Positions 9,104 to 17,748 of a stretch of DNA of 24,734 bases are shown piece after piece. A program made the position numbers and the translations under genes. The stretch lies in the IMG/VR virus record IMGVR_UViG_3300011339_000604, positions 1 to 24,734 of that record, one strand, 5' to 3'. The notes beneath the pieces were generated by a model, which did no database searches, was not told where the DNA came from, and saw nothing but the letters and a program-made list of their open reading frames with translations. Each line of letters begins with the position of its first letter. The first letter of the stretch is position 1. This stretch comes from a virus (taxonomy: Duplodnaviria > Caudoviricetes).

Positions 9104-9538
9104 CTACGACCAAGCAGTAGTCACGCCATTCGCTCCAAGGGTAATGGTTGCCGACTCGGTTAGCGCTTCCTCGTTTGCGATGTTGAGACCAGTCCCGGTT
9201 ACAACGCCTACAAAGGTCTTAGCGGTAAGGGTTCCGGGTGTAACTACAATCTGGCAGTAGTAACCGTCTTTGCCAAAAAAGATAGGGTTTACAACGCTAT
9301 CAACCAAGAACTCTACTTCAACGGATCCGTTAGCCTTGGTGACCTGTGCTTTATTCTGAGCATCGCAGAGTGCCGAAACATCAACCGTATTGACGGATGA
9401 ACTAAAGCGCACCGAGCGAGCAATACAGGTATAAGTCTCAGCGGTAAAGGCTGAGGGCGTGCCGTCTTGGTATCCACCGAAAGCAACCGTGACAACGCAG
9501 TTTTCCCCGATGAGCGCACTTGTTCTTGTAAAAGGCAT
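9104..9538 (-). CDS. Major tail tube protein
   Basis: Synteny and a beta-rich pattern (SVNTVDVSAL...GSVEVEF...TFVGVVTG...SATITLG). AGGAG RBS. Confidence 0.75.
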   Translation of the reverse strand: MPFTRTSALIGENCVVTVAFGGYQDGTPSAFTAETYTCIARSVRFSSSVNTVDVSALCDAQNKAQVTKANGSVEVEFLVDSVVNPIFFGKDGYYCQIVVTPGTLTAKTFVGVVTGTGLNIANEEALTESATITLGANGVTTAWS

Positions 9539-9547
9539 AATTTACTC

Positions 9548-10027
9548 CTACTGTTGCGTGACGAATCGGTACACCGCTGTCACTCCAAAATCTGTACGAC
9601 CACCACTTTCTAACCCAAACGTTTGAGCAGTTGATTCCCGCCTAACGTAGAACCTTGGCGTGGTACTCGAAACGTGAATATTGTCTAGTAGTGTGTCAAT
9701 ACGGGACATGATGGTAGCAGAGCTTGCCATCGATACCGCACCTGTAGCAGTATCCCACACGGTGATTCTATAGGTTGGGTACGTAAAGACCCGGCTACCG
9801 CATAGCGTGTCTTGGTCTTGCCCAGCACTACCAGCCCGGTCAAAGACAACGTAAGGTGTAACCGGTTGCTTGCGGCTGATGGGGTCTGTCTGCGGGGCTA
9901 TGGTGTTATACACGCCCATCTGGAACCCATTGGGTTTATTGTCAGGAGCAAGTAAACCCATAAGCGTAGTATCGCCGGTTAGAGTTTCATAGATCCACTG
10001 CTCAATCACCGCTGGTTCAAATGCCAT
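9548..10027 (-). CDS. Tail terminator / tail completion protein (DUF3168-like)
   Basis: IYETLTGDTTLMGLL...VYNTIAP...PYVVF...YRITVW...IDTLL pattern, plus synteny. Confidence 0.8.
   Translation of the reverse strand: MAFEPAVIEQWIYETLTGDTTLMGLLAPDNKPNGFQMGVYNTIAPQTDPISRKQPVTPYVVFDRAGSAGQDQDTLCGSRVFTYPTYRITVWDTATGAVSMASSATIMSRIDTLLDNIHVSSTTPRFYVRRESTAQTFGLESGGRTDFGVTAVYRFVTQQ
9749..9759 (-). promoter_or_regulatory. TGTGGGATACT motif copy inside a gene, about 210 nt upstream of the tail tube gene
   Basis: Exact match to the three copies found at gene starts. Confidence 0.45.
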
Positions 10028-10458
10028 TAGCTCTTACCCTTTAGGATTACTTTCACGGCAGCTTGAAACGATGGCGCTACCTTTTCAACCGCTGGACGCA
10101 AGAAAGGTCTTGCCGGTACGTGGTTGCCACCCTTAGACATCCAACCAAGTTCAAGCGGTATTCCATACTTTGCACCGACATTGACTTCGGCTGATGTCTT
10201 GCCGGTCATCTTACTTTGTATGCTGTTTGCAAGTTCACCTAAATCATTATTTGGCGGAGTGACTGGAGGGCTTGACCAGTGAGGATGTTCTTTACGCCCC
10301 GGATACTTTTTGTATTGCCCGCTCGACATCTCTATGCTTTGTTTTGCGTTGCCTTCGATGTTAGCTGCAGCATTACCTACAGCAACAGAAAGTTGGCGTA
10401 GATTCTTCTGATAAGAATCTAGCCTTACTTTCTTCAGGCTGAAGCTCATCTTTATCAA
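10027..10458 (-). CDS. HK97 gp10-like neck/tail completion protein
   Basis: PPNNDLGELANSI, YGIPLELG and PARPFLRPA motifs. Start is uncertain (TTG 10458 or ATG 10449). Confidence 0.85.
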   Translation of the reverse strand: MIKMSFSLKKVRLDSYQKNLRQLSVAVGNAAANIEGNAKQSIEMSSGQYKKYPGRKEHPHWSSPPVTPPNNDLGELANSIQSKMTGKTSAEVNVGAKYGIPLELGWMSKGGNHVPARPFLRPAVEKVAPSFQAAVKVILKGKS

Positions 10459-10808
10459 GGTGCTAGAACCTCAATCTCCAGAGGGCCAAACCTGCGTACC
10501 GTGGTACTCACCGTGAAGGATACGGTAATCCGAATCATTGCCGCCGTGGCATAAGCCGCCGGGTTGAGGATGCTCAGAATACCTTGTGCGCTGTACTGCT
10601 TGGTAAGCGTAACAGATCCGCTAGGAAACGTATAAGCCGACCCGGTCGCGATGTTCGTAAAGGTTACGCCGAGCGTCCCTGTCGTGATGTCGATAGGGCT
10701 GCCGAGTTCATCGACCAAGCGCACCACGTAACTGTGCCAATCACCTACCCATGCGCTCGCTTGTACGACCTGCTGAGGGTCTTCGGTTAGATCAAAGATA
10801 ACTGCCAT
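10455..10808 (-). CDS. Virion structural protein, BppU-N/Ig-like domain
   Basis: VGDWHSYVVRLVDELGSPIDIT...FGPLEIEV. Paralogous to the C-terminus of the upstream gene. Confidence 0.55.
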   Translation of the reverse strand: MAVIFDLTEDPQQVVQASAWVGDWHSYVVRLVDELGSPIDITTGTLGVTFTNIATGSAYTFPSGSVTLTKQYSAQGILSILNPAAYATAAMIRITVSFTVSTTVRRFGPLEIEVLAP

Positions 10809-12739
10809 TAGATGTCCCTCACATAGATGCGTAACGGGCCAAATATCTGCGTGTCAGATGCTCCGGTTGTGCGCGTGATAGTTGCCGTGTAGGTGCCTGG
10901 AGTGTTGGTTACCGTCGTGTCAATCGTAAACGTAGCCCGTCCATCAGCTGCATAAGTTGCCGTACAGGAGTACGTGTCTACCAAGGTAGCACCGCTGTTG
11001 TAGACCTTAGCCGTAACCGTTGCTGAGGTGATATCTATCCCGCTTCCAAAGGCATCCACACACTGGATGTCTACTCCATGCTGTGTGCCCTTCTGGATGT
11101 CTAGCGGGTCACTTGCTCCAAGCCCGTCTGCCTTGACCTCGTAAGGCCCCATGCGTACCAGAGCGGCAGATGTTACCGGGGTAACCAACTCCGCGTTGAC
11201 ATACTGCCCGAAAGTACCGGCTGTCGTATGGCTTGTCCTTGCCTCATCCCACACCGCCGCCGCCGTCTGTGCTTCCGTCAAGCCACCACTGCTCAGTTTG
11301 ACCGTCATTACCGCACCGTTAGTACCGCTTGCACCACGCACCACGATAGTGACATCATCAGCACCAGCAGCCAGTGCAGCGTCGGGAATGTCAAGGCGAT
11401 ACACGCCCGGCATATTCGTTGCGTCTACCTCCGCAAAGCCACCAGCAGTCCACGCCTGAGCGATTGTACGGGCGACCAGCGGGATGCTGACAGAGGCTGT
11501 GCGTGTCCGGTTGTAACGTGCTGAGAGACCAGATGTTGCAAAGGTGAGACCTGTAGCACCAAGGTAGAGTTCGATTGATTGGGAGGTTGAGCCGGGAGCG
11601 ATTGTGATGGTGGATGCGTTGCGCTCAGATGGGTTATACGCGCCAACAGAGGATGCAATCTTGAATGTTGCGGATCCGACATCTGGGTTTGTACTTGACC
11701 AAGCATCACCAAAGATATCTACAGTCGGTGCGCCTGACAATGTGCCTGTATTCTGTGCGATTGACCCATTGTAAGAAGCCCAGAAATCAAGAGCATATAA
11801 ACCAGTAATACGGCTGTAGTCAAAGTCCGAACCAAACACGCCAGACTGTGAGTTACTTCCAGCAGCTGGCCCACTCCTATCGGTCGCACACGAAAACCTG
11901 TTGTAATCTTCGGTCACAGCGTTAGAGCTTGCATCTAAGCCAATACTAGTAAAAGCAACAATTGCATTGTTGTAAAAGAATGTTTTGTTGGTTGTGTTGG
12001 TTGTTCGCAAATACAGCGTTGCTGAACCTTGCAGTATGCAGTTGTAAAACGTAACACCATTACCAACACCAGCACCTTCTGATGGATTTGAAATAATGAC
12101 AGCATTGTTCGCAAGGGTTACAATTGTATCTTTTACGGAAATCGCTAAATCAAATGTTGAGCCAGTGGCTGGACTGACAATGTTTAATCCCGCATATCCA
12201 TTAACGATTACACACTTATCAAACGTGGCGTTTATTGCTGTCGTTGTAGTCGTTGTAACAAATACACAACTTGTACCTGACCCACGTCTGTAATGTGTAA
12301 ACAAACACTTTTCTACTGTGTAGTTTTTGGAGTTTAGAAAGTGTGCAATACCTGTTCCATTTGTTGTCTGATATCCCTCAATGTGCAAATTACGCAACGT
12401 GAAGTAGGTCTTATTGTCACAGGTCAAAGTTTGGCTTGATGTCGGCGTGCCAGTGTTATCCGTCGTAAACGTCGTGATACGAACACGTCCAGCCGTTACA
12501 CCTGTAAACTGTGCGGCTGTAGGGTCACCAGCAACCACCAATGTGTTAGACACACTCGGTGTAATGGACATCGTTACCGAACCACGATAAGTGCCGGGAG
12601 CGATATAGATGGTGTTCGTTGCATCCGGTAACGCGGCATTTGCAAGGGCATACGCAACCGTTGCCCACGCTTGACCAGTGCCTGACCCAGTCCCTGTATT
12701 GGCATTGTTACCATCAGGTCGAACGTAATAAGTTGCCAT
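10808..12739 (-). CDS. Virion appendage/spike with an N-terminal pectin-lyase-like parallel beta-helix and a C-terminal BppU-like domain
   Basis: TYYVRPDGNNANTG...AWATV.YAL...TIYIAPGTY start typical of beta-helix proteins, then Asn-ladder repeats (TLRNLHI, TVEKCLF, TFYNCIL). Confidence 0.7.
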   Translation of the reverse strand: MATYYVRPDGNNANTGTGSGTGQAWATVAYALANAALPDATNTIYIAPGTYRGSVTMSITPSVSNTLVVAGDPTAAQFTGVTAGRVRITTFTTDNTGTPTSSQTLTCDNKTYFTLRNLHIEGYQTTNGTGIAHFLNSKNYTVEKCLFTHYRRGSGTSCVFVTTTTTTAINATFDKCVIVNGYAGLNIVSPATGSTFDLAISVKDTIVTLANNAVIISNPSEGAGVGNGVTFYNCILQGSATLYLRTTNTTNKTFFYNNAIVAFTSIGLDASSNAVTEDYNRFSCATDRSGPAAGSNSQSGVFGSDFDYSRITGLYALDFWASYNGSIAQNTGTLSGAPTVDIFGDAWSSTNPDVGSATFKIASSVGAYNPSERNASTITIAPGSTSQSIELYLGATGLTFATSGLSARYNRTRTASVSIPLVARTIAQAWTAGGFAEVDATNMPGVYRLDIPDAALAAGADDVTIVVRGASGTNGAVMTVKLSSGGLTEAQTAAAVWDEARTSHTTAGTFGQYVNAELVTPVTSAALVRMGPYEVKADGLGASDPLDIQKGTQHGVDIQCVDAFGSGIDITSATVTAKVYNSGATLVDTYSCTATYAADGRATFTIDTTVTNTPGTYTATITRTTGASDTQIFGPLRIYVRDI

Positions 12740-12966
12740 TATTCGGCATCTCCACTTGTAATCTGTTGAGCCATTACAACAGCAAACTGTCTGACAATTT
12801 GCGACTGAAACAACTCATCCTGTGTGACCCACCATACATTGACACTGGTTCCATCTGGCCCAAATGTACCGATAAGGTTGTTTGAATCGTCGTAGATATC
12901 GCCAAAGACACGCCAATCGGTTGATGGTGCTGGTTCCTTGACAATGTCAAAGTTTACAAAGTTCAT
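12739..12966 (-). CDS. Hypothetical protein (75 aa)
   Basis: Translationally coupled on both sides (ATGA and TAATG overlaps). Confidence 0.7.
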   Translation of the reverse strand: MNFVNFDIVKEPAPSTDWRVFGDIYDDSNNLIGTFGPDGTSVNVWWVTQDELFQSQIVRQFAVVMAQQITSGDAE

Positions 12967-13214
12967 TTGCCCACCTTCAGCGCATTCACGCCCGTACCCT
13001 TAAACGGCATCGTCAAGAAGCCCAGCGCAGCAGACATCGCAGCTGTAAGACCAGCCGCTACAGCCTTGCCGCCGTAGACAGCCATCACTGCGCCGAGCTC
13101 GGCTATGTCCTTGGCTTCAGCGGTACGAACGCCATCACCAAAGACCGTGCTAAAGGACGCGACAAAGGCGATCAAGACAACCACGACCAGCCTGCTAATA
13201 CTTATTGAGTTCAT
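12963..13214 (-). CDS. Small two-TM membrane protein, holin-like
   Basis: Two hydrophobic segments and a basic C-terminus. ATGA overlap. Confidence 0.5.
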   Translation of the reverse strand: MNSISISRLVVVVLIAFVASFSTVFGDGVRTAEAKDIAELGAVMAVYGGKAVAAGLTAAMSAALGFLTMPFKGTGVNALKVGK

Positions 13215-13423
13215 CGTTTCGCCTCCAGTTTGGTGATGCTTGTACGCATCTCATCTGTTACAGTTTCTAGCCTACCAATGCGCTCACCGTGGTCTTCAAT
13301 CTTAGCGGTGTCAACGGCTCCCCGTTTGTCCATCCGGTGAAGAAACTTGATGATGTAGGCAAGCAGACTGATGATGCCGGTCACTGCCGCTAATCCTATG
13401 GTTGTCCATTCTGATGCGCCCAT
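13211..13423 (-). CDS. Single-TM plus coiled-coil protein (holin-associated/XhlA-like)
   Basis: N-terminal TM helix, then IEDHGERIGRLE...ITKLEA coiled coil. Confidence 0.5.
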   Translation of the reverse strand: MGASEWTTIGLAAVTGIISLLAYIIKFLHRMDKRGAVDTAKIEDHGERIGRLETVTDEMRTSITKLEAKR

Positions 13424-13788
13424 TATGCCATCCGCTCCACTAGTCCACAGTGTTGAACTAGTAATTCTGTTTGACCAAAGTCTGATCCGACTACATCGTA
13501 ATACTTGGCATCATCGCCTATTCTGTAGACCCTATCCTGTGGCATCACATCAGCCCCTACAGCAATGATAAGCGTCCATTGGGCAGATGATGCGATAGAG
13601 CCACCTACAATGCTCTCTGTGTCACTCTGGTTGGTTAGGCGGGCGTTGTACTCGGCTACCTTGCGCCATGTCTCAGTAACACCACCGCGCCCATCTTCGG
13701 TCAAGGTGAAGCGGTGTATCTCTACCCGGTCTTGGCACAGGTTGCGAACCATACCGGCTTGAATGGTTGAGCGGAGAAGTGGGCTCAT
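13423..13788 (-). CDS. Head closure / head-tail joining protein (SPP1 gp16-like)
   Basis: TEDGRGGVTETW...DVMPQDRV...YDVVG pattern, plus synteny. Confidence 0.85.
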   Translation of the reverse strand: MSPLLRSTIQAGMVRNLCQDRVEIHRFTLTEDGRGGVTETWRKVAEYNARLTNQSDTESIVGGSIASSAQWTLIIAVGADVMPQDRVYRIGDDAKYYDVVGSDFGQTELLVQHCGLVERMA

Positions 13789-14282
13789 GCGAACACCACC
13801 GGTCGGTATTTATCAGCCATGGTTAGGCAGTTTTGCATCAACTGGGAAAGCTTGACATCGGAGGTGCCTTCCTTAGCATCGATGTCTGCCGCTACCCGGC
13901 TGGCCTTGATAAGCCACGCTTGGCGGGTTGCCGTGCGTACGTCGTAACGCTCAACATTGATCGGGCCTTGGTCTACCCACATCAAGGTAGGGTCACCGCT
14001 TCCATCTTCCAAGGTAAAGCCCTTGACTTGGTACGGTGAGTAGACGGGAAAGTCAGGTTGTGTAGCCCCTGAGGTACCGGCTACTCTGCACTCATAAACC
14101 CTGCCGTTGGGTGTTGTAGGTACCACACGGTCACCGACAGCGTAGACCGTTGCCGCTGTCCAAGTTGAGAAGCGGGAAAAGGAATCAAGGATGGAACCGA
14201 TGTCCGTAGTAGACATCTGCGGGTAGGACTGGGCAGACACAAAAAGGCTTACCTGTGCAATCGCCTCGGCTCTGGTCATCAT
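13785..14282 (-). CDS. Head-tail adaptor with an inserted CBM5/12-like module (start revised from 14300 to 14282)
   Basis: First gene after the capsid gene, with an adaptor-like C-terminus YDVRTATRQAWLIKAS. Insert reads WTAATVYAVGDRVVPTTPNGRVYECRVAGTSG. ATG 14282 is 6 nt after the promoter motif. Confidence 0.7.
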   Translation of the reverse strand: MMTRAEAIAQVSLFVSAQSYPQMSTTDIGSILDSFSRFSTWTAATVYAVGDRVVPTTPNGRVYECRVAGTSGATQPDFPVYSPYQVKGFTLEDGSGDPTLMWVDQGPINVERYDVRTATRQAWLIKASRVAADIDAKEGTSDVKLSQLMQNCLTMADKYRPVVFA

Positions 14283-14288
14283 GCTGTA

Positions 14289-14299
14289 AGTATCCCACA
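14289..14299 (-). promoter_or_regulatory. Putative leaderless late promoter TGTGGGATACT
   Basis: TGTGGGATACT-TACAGC-ATG, directly downstream of the capsid terminator. Confidence 0.75.
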
Positions 14300-14320
14300 T
14301 GGGCGTCAGCCCAGATTGAC

Positions 14321-14353
14321 AAAAGAAAAACCCCCGACACGTCTGCCGAGGGT
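14321..14353 (-). terminator. Intrinsic terminator after the major capsid gene
   Basis: ACCCTCGGCA-GACG-TGTCGGGGGT stem (two G-U pairs) followed by TTTTCTTTT. Confidence 0.85.
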
Positions 14354-14375
14354 CTTAGGCTGTGAACCGCTAGGC

Positions 14376-15656
14376 TTATGTAGCTGCGGATGCTCCGACG
14401 ATAAGCGAGCCAGGGACACGGTTGGCTGCGGTTGCATCAACGTTGCCGATGTCAAAGGCTTTGAACGCAAAGCGCTCGGTAGCCTTGAACGCCAACGCGT
14501 CTTGGTTGAAGTAGTACTGGTCAGATACTTCGATCGTAACCGTACGGCGGTCACCGAATGCTGTACCCATGCTCAGGTCACCCAAGAGGATGTAAGGCGT
14601 GGTTGCAGCCAAGGTCTTAGCCATGTTCTGGACGAAAACCACAGGGTAGCCGTAGAGCATAGGCGTTGGGCCGTATGCGCCTTGGATGTCCATGATGGAG
14701 TTACCGCCAAGTGCATCAAGCAGAGGAGCGATGGCGTTGTACCAAATCTCCTTGTGCATGAACCACTTAGCCTGTGCCGCATATGTCGGGAGCTTAGCGA
14801 CCATACCCTTAAGGTTGGCAAGGGTCGGGCTGTACGTGATGGTCTGACCGGTTGTGAACACCTGCAAGGATGCGATGTTAGCCTTGGTAGCGTTAGCACT
14901 GTAGACGGCATAAAGGATACCATCGAGGCCAGATGTGGAGTCTACTGCATTGTTGAAAACAACGCGGTCTTCTTCCTTAGCCAAGACATACGCCATGTCA
15001 CGGGCAAGGGTTGCGCCAAAGTCGATAATCGAATCTTCAGCCAACTCTTTAGAAACCTGAGTAAGCACGGATGGCTTCTTAGCAACCAAGTTCACCTGTG
15101 CAAATGTCAGGTCACTTGGTGTAATAGCCGTGTTCTCTCCAGGGTAGTACACAGTGGTGCTCGCGGTTGCGTTTGGTACGTTGAGAACGTCGCTGCTCAT
15201 CGGGTAGATGCGGCAGTTTTGACGTGCAACACCGAACTGCTCACGCAGGTAGATGAGGTCGGAAGACAGTGGATCCGGTACGGTGAAACCACCAGCGGTT
15301 GTGGTGGCTTCGTTCTGTGCCTTAAGGTTGTTCTTAACCCAGTCAGCTGCTCTGCGGTTGCCCATGATAGAGCGTCCCCACTGACCCCAGCAATATGCTT
15401 TGAAGTTGGCTTCATCACGGGTGCCGGCAAGCGGATTGCGTCCGATACCGCCGCTCTTCCACGGCTGCTCTGCTGGTGCTTCTGTTGCCACTGGGTGTCC
15501 TTGTCCGAGTGCCTTAATGGTCTCGATGCGCTCTTCAATGCCCTTGGCTTCAGCCATCAGGCTCTTGACCTGTGCGAGGTCACCATCACCGGAAGCAAGC
15601 TCCCGTGCGGTAGCAAGCACAGAATCTTTGCGGTTCTGCAATGCGTCAATATTCAT
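14376..15656 (-). CDS. Major capsid protein, HK97 fold, with an N-terminal coiled-coil delta domain
   Basis: AGGFTVP, ENTAITPSDLTFAQVNL, VSKELAEDS, LYGYPV, ILLGDLS and AFKATERF motifs. Confidence 0.95.
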   Translation of the reverse strand: MNIDALQNRKDSVLATARELASGDGDLAQVKSLMAEAKGIEERIETIKALGQGHPVATEAPAEQPWKSGGIGRNPLAGTRDEANFKAYCWGQWGRSIMGNRRAADWVKNNLKAQNEATTTAGGFTVPDPLSSDLIYLREQFGVARQNCRIYPMSSDVLNVPNATASTTVYYPGENTAITPSDLTFAQVNLVAKKPSVLTQVSKELAEDSIIDFGATLARDMAYVLAKEEDRVVFNNAVDSTSGLDGILYAVYSANATKANIASLQVFTTGQTITYSPTLANLKGMVAKLPTYAAQAKWFMHKEIWYNAIAPLLDALGGNSIMDIQGAYGPTPMLYGYPVVFVQNMAKTLAATTPYILLGDLSMGTAFGDRRTVTIEVSDQYYFNQDALAFKATERFAFKAFDIGNVDATAANRVPGSLIVGASAAT

Positions 15657-16609
15657 AGTTGTTGTAGCAACTCCAGACGTGCCAGCAGTTCCTGGCGTTC
15701 GTCTTTGTCATGGGCTTTCGCCTCGACTACGAGTTCCGGTTGCGTCTCTGGTTGGTCTGCGTCCCGCAGTGAATCCCAAACGACAGGGGCAAGGCGCTTT
15801 GCGCTTGACCGGCTAAGACCGACTGCATCCCGCAGCCGACGTTCTACACCCCGCAGGCTTGCAGGGTGAATACACTTGGCACCGTGCATGGCATAAAGCT
15901 GCTTTGCACGTTCCGCGAAAGCATCGACCAAGGCGTTAGCCATGTCGGCACTTTCGATCACTTCCATGGCACCAGACAAAGCATCCCAATAGGCTTCAAG
16001 CCCCTCGTGGATTAGTTCGCCTTCGGCTTCCTTGAATATCTCAGCGGCATACTCTGCGGCGCTCTGGTCTGGCATTGGAGCCATTACCATTTCTTCTTCT
16101 TCCATGTCCATCATGGGTTCCATGCCGTAGTACTCCTTCAGGGTTTTGACGCTGTTCCGGAACTCGGCAGGTGTCGGGGTGATGCTTGCCTCAGCGATAG
16201 GCCAGCGTGTAATCTCAGCGGCTGTACCCATGCTCTTGCGCTCAACCAGATGAGCGGCAGCACCAGAGGAAAAACCCATCTTGCCTTGCTTGCAGAGCTT
16301 CGCAATCATCTTGCCGTATTCGTCGGCTAAGTCTAGCTGCGCCTCATACCATAGCCCAGTATCGTCCATCTTGATGTAGCCAGTACCGATAGACTTCTTG
16401 CCTACCTGAGCATCCATGCCGTGGTGGTAGTAAACATTCAGCGGTACGCGCTTGCCCGCTTCCATAGGGAAACCGTAGTCGGTTGCCTTTGTGAAGTAGT
16501 CCCCTTCAAGGTCAGCGGTCTTCGTATCGCCAAAGCGAACCAGATAACCTTTGACATAGCCAAGCCTGTCGCTCTTGATTCCGTCTACTGTAGATGTCAG
16601 CACGTCCAT
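15653..16609 (-). CDS. Prohead maturation protease, HK97 family, with a C-terminal extension (start revised from 16639 to 16609)
   Basis: VKGY...DLEGDYF, YHH, DDTGLWYEAQL, GFSSG and EASITPTPA motifs. Confidence 0.9.
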   Translation of the reverse strand: MDVLTSTVDGIKSDRLGYVKGYLVRFGDTKTADLEGDYFTKATDYGFPMEAGKRVPLNVYYHHGMDAQVGKKSIGTGYIKMDDTGLWYEAQLDLADEYGKMIAKLCKQGKMGFSSGAAAHLVERKSMGTAAEITRWPIAEASITPTPAEFRNSVKTLKEYYGMEPMMDMEEEEMVMAPMPDQSAAEYAAEIFKEAEGELIHEGLEAYWDALSGAMEVIESADMANALVDAFAERAKQLYAMHGAKCIHPASLRGVERRLRDAVGLSRSSAKRLAPVVWDSLRDADQPETQPELVVEAKAHDKDERQELLARLELLQQL

Positions 16610-16615
16610 ATGATA

Positions 16616-16626
16616 AGTATCCCACA
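16616..16626 (-). promoter_or_regulatory. Putative leaderless late promoter TGTGGGATACT
   Basis: TGTGGGATACT-TATCAT-ATG. Confidence 0.75.
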
Positions 16627-16635
16627 CGCTCATTT

Positions 16636-17742
16636 TCATAGGTAAGTTGTTAGATCCGGTTCGTAGCCTTCAAGCTCTTTGAGTGGCCGTACCCGTGTAG
16701 TAGGCCCCCAGTCAGCATTGGGAACCACGGTAACCATGTCGCTCAGCGGAAGCCCCTCAGCGTAAAGGGCATAGCGTGAAGCGCCCATGATAGCCAACTT
16801 GTCAGACTCTGACAAACCAGCAAGGATGCGATCAGGCGTGGCCATCGCTGGGCGTGTGTCAGGGATGGAAGAATCACCGGTTATCTCTGCCCATGAGAGC
16901 GTTTCCGGGACCATAACGCACCTACAATTTACGTGACTAGGCATGATTTCATCTGTCTTGTGCAATGTTCCCGACAACGCTAAACACGCTAAACAGGTTC
17001 TTGCATCCTGCGTAGCCTGCCGTCGGTATCCCTGCACTGCATAGTTCTCGGTATACAGTTGCCGTTGTGCTTCACGGGCGCTTCGTATCATCTCGGTTCG
17101 TGCAATGGTCTCTGCTCGATACCTACCGATGTCTGCCGCTTTGCGTACACGCCGTGCTACCGTCCGTGGCCCTTCACCAAGTGAAATACCCTGTACAAGT
17201 GCCATCTGCATGGCATCTGTTGTTACTTGGGGGATGGAGTCAAATAAGACAGCCAGAGGGCTACCATCGCCTGCGAACCCGACAAAGGCTTGGAGTTGTT
17301 CATCAGGTAGACGTGTCCATGAACTGCCGAGTGAGACGTTAGCCGGTTTACGACCTGCCGCCGCTTCAACCAAGCGTCCGCTCGTCTCATTCGCAAGGAT
17401 GGCTGATTCGAGTTGTCCATCTGCTGTAATGGTTGCCCCCTCGATTGCAAAGGCTTGTAGGTTCCTGCCTAACTCTTCAATGTTGTCTATGATCCGTTGA
17501 CGCATCCACAGGATGGTTTGGCTTGGGTCTTCACCCTCATCCATCCGATCCTGTATGCGTTCCTCTAGTGCTTCGAGTTCTGCGATGCTTGCCTTTGTAG
17601 CGGCTTTGTATGCGCGTTGCATCCGGCTGATGGCTACGCCTTCACGCTCCAGCAACTCGTTCCTAAACTTCTGTGATGCTGCATAAATACGAGCGGTGCC
17701 GTCATCTACTCGTTTGGTAGTGGCTCCAGCTCGTACCCGTAA
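16636..17742 (-). CDS. Head morphogenesis protein (Mu gpF / SPP1 gp7-like), probably entered by -1 frameshift from the portal gene; alternative start TTG 17655
   Basis: RAETIARTE, DARTCLACLAL.G and PSHVNCRC motifs. The frame is open back to 17790 with no ATG before 17655. Confidence 0.85.
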   Translation of the reverse strand, partial: LRVRAGATTKRVDDGTARIYAASQKFRNELLEREGVAISRMQRAYKAATKASIAELEALEERIQDRMDEGEDPSQTILWMRQRIIDNIEELGRNLQAFAIEGATITADGQLESAILANETSGRLVEAAAGRKPANVSLGSSWTRLPDEQLQAFVGFAGDGSPLAVLFDSIPQVTTDAMQMALVQGISLGEGPRTVARRVRKAADIGRYRAETIARTEMIRSAREAQRQLYTENYAVQGYRRQATQDARTCLACLALSGTLHKTDEIMPSHVNCRCVMVPETLSWAEITGDSSIPDTRPAMATPDRILAGLSESDKLAIMGASRYALYAEGLPLSDMVTVVPNADWGPTTRVRPLKELEGYEPDLTTYL

Positions 17743-17748
17743 AAAGGG
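17688..17748 (-). other. Candidate -1 programmed frameshift signal, portal to MuF
   Basis: C CCT TTT heptamer in the portal frame (17748-17742), a 6-nt spacer, and a hairpin closed by TACGAGC/GCTCGTA. Confidence 0.7.

Noticed and set aside
11245-11253. Partial motif TGTGGGATG
   Set aside because: It lacks the ACT end and is explained by the codons for VWDE.
14316-15869. 517-aa plus-strand ORF
   Set aside because: Antisense shadow of the capsid gene, with no recognisable motifs. The same applies to the other plus-strand ORFs over the late operon, such as 17755-18471.
16636-16900. MuF polymorphic toxin C-terminal domain
   Set aside because: The extension after HVNCRC is short, shows no toxin motif I recognise, and no immunity gene follows.
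17634-17705. ATG directly after the portal stop as the MuF start
   Set aside because: It is in the portal frame, not the MuF frame, and gives only a 23-aa ORF.
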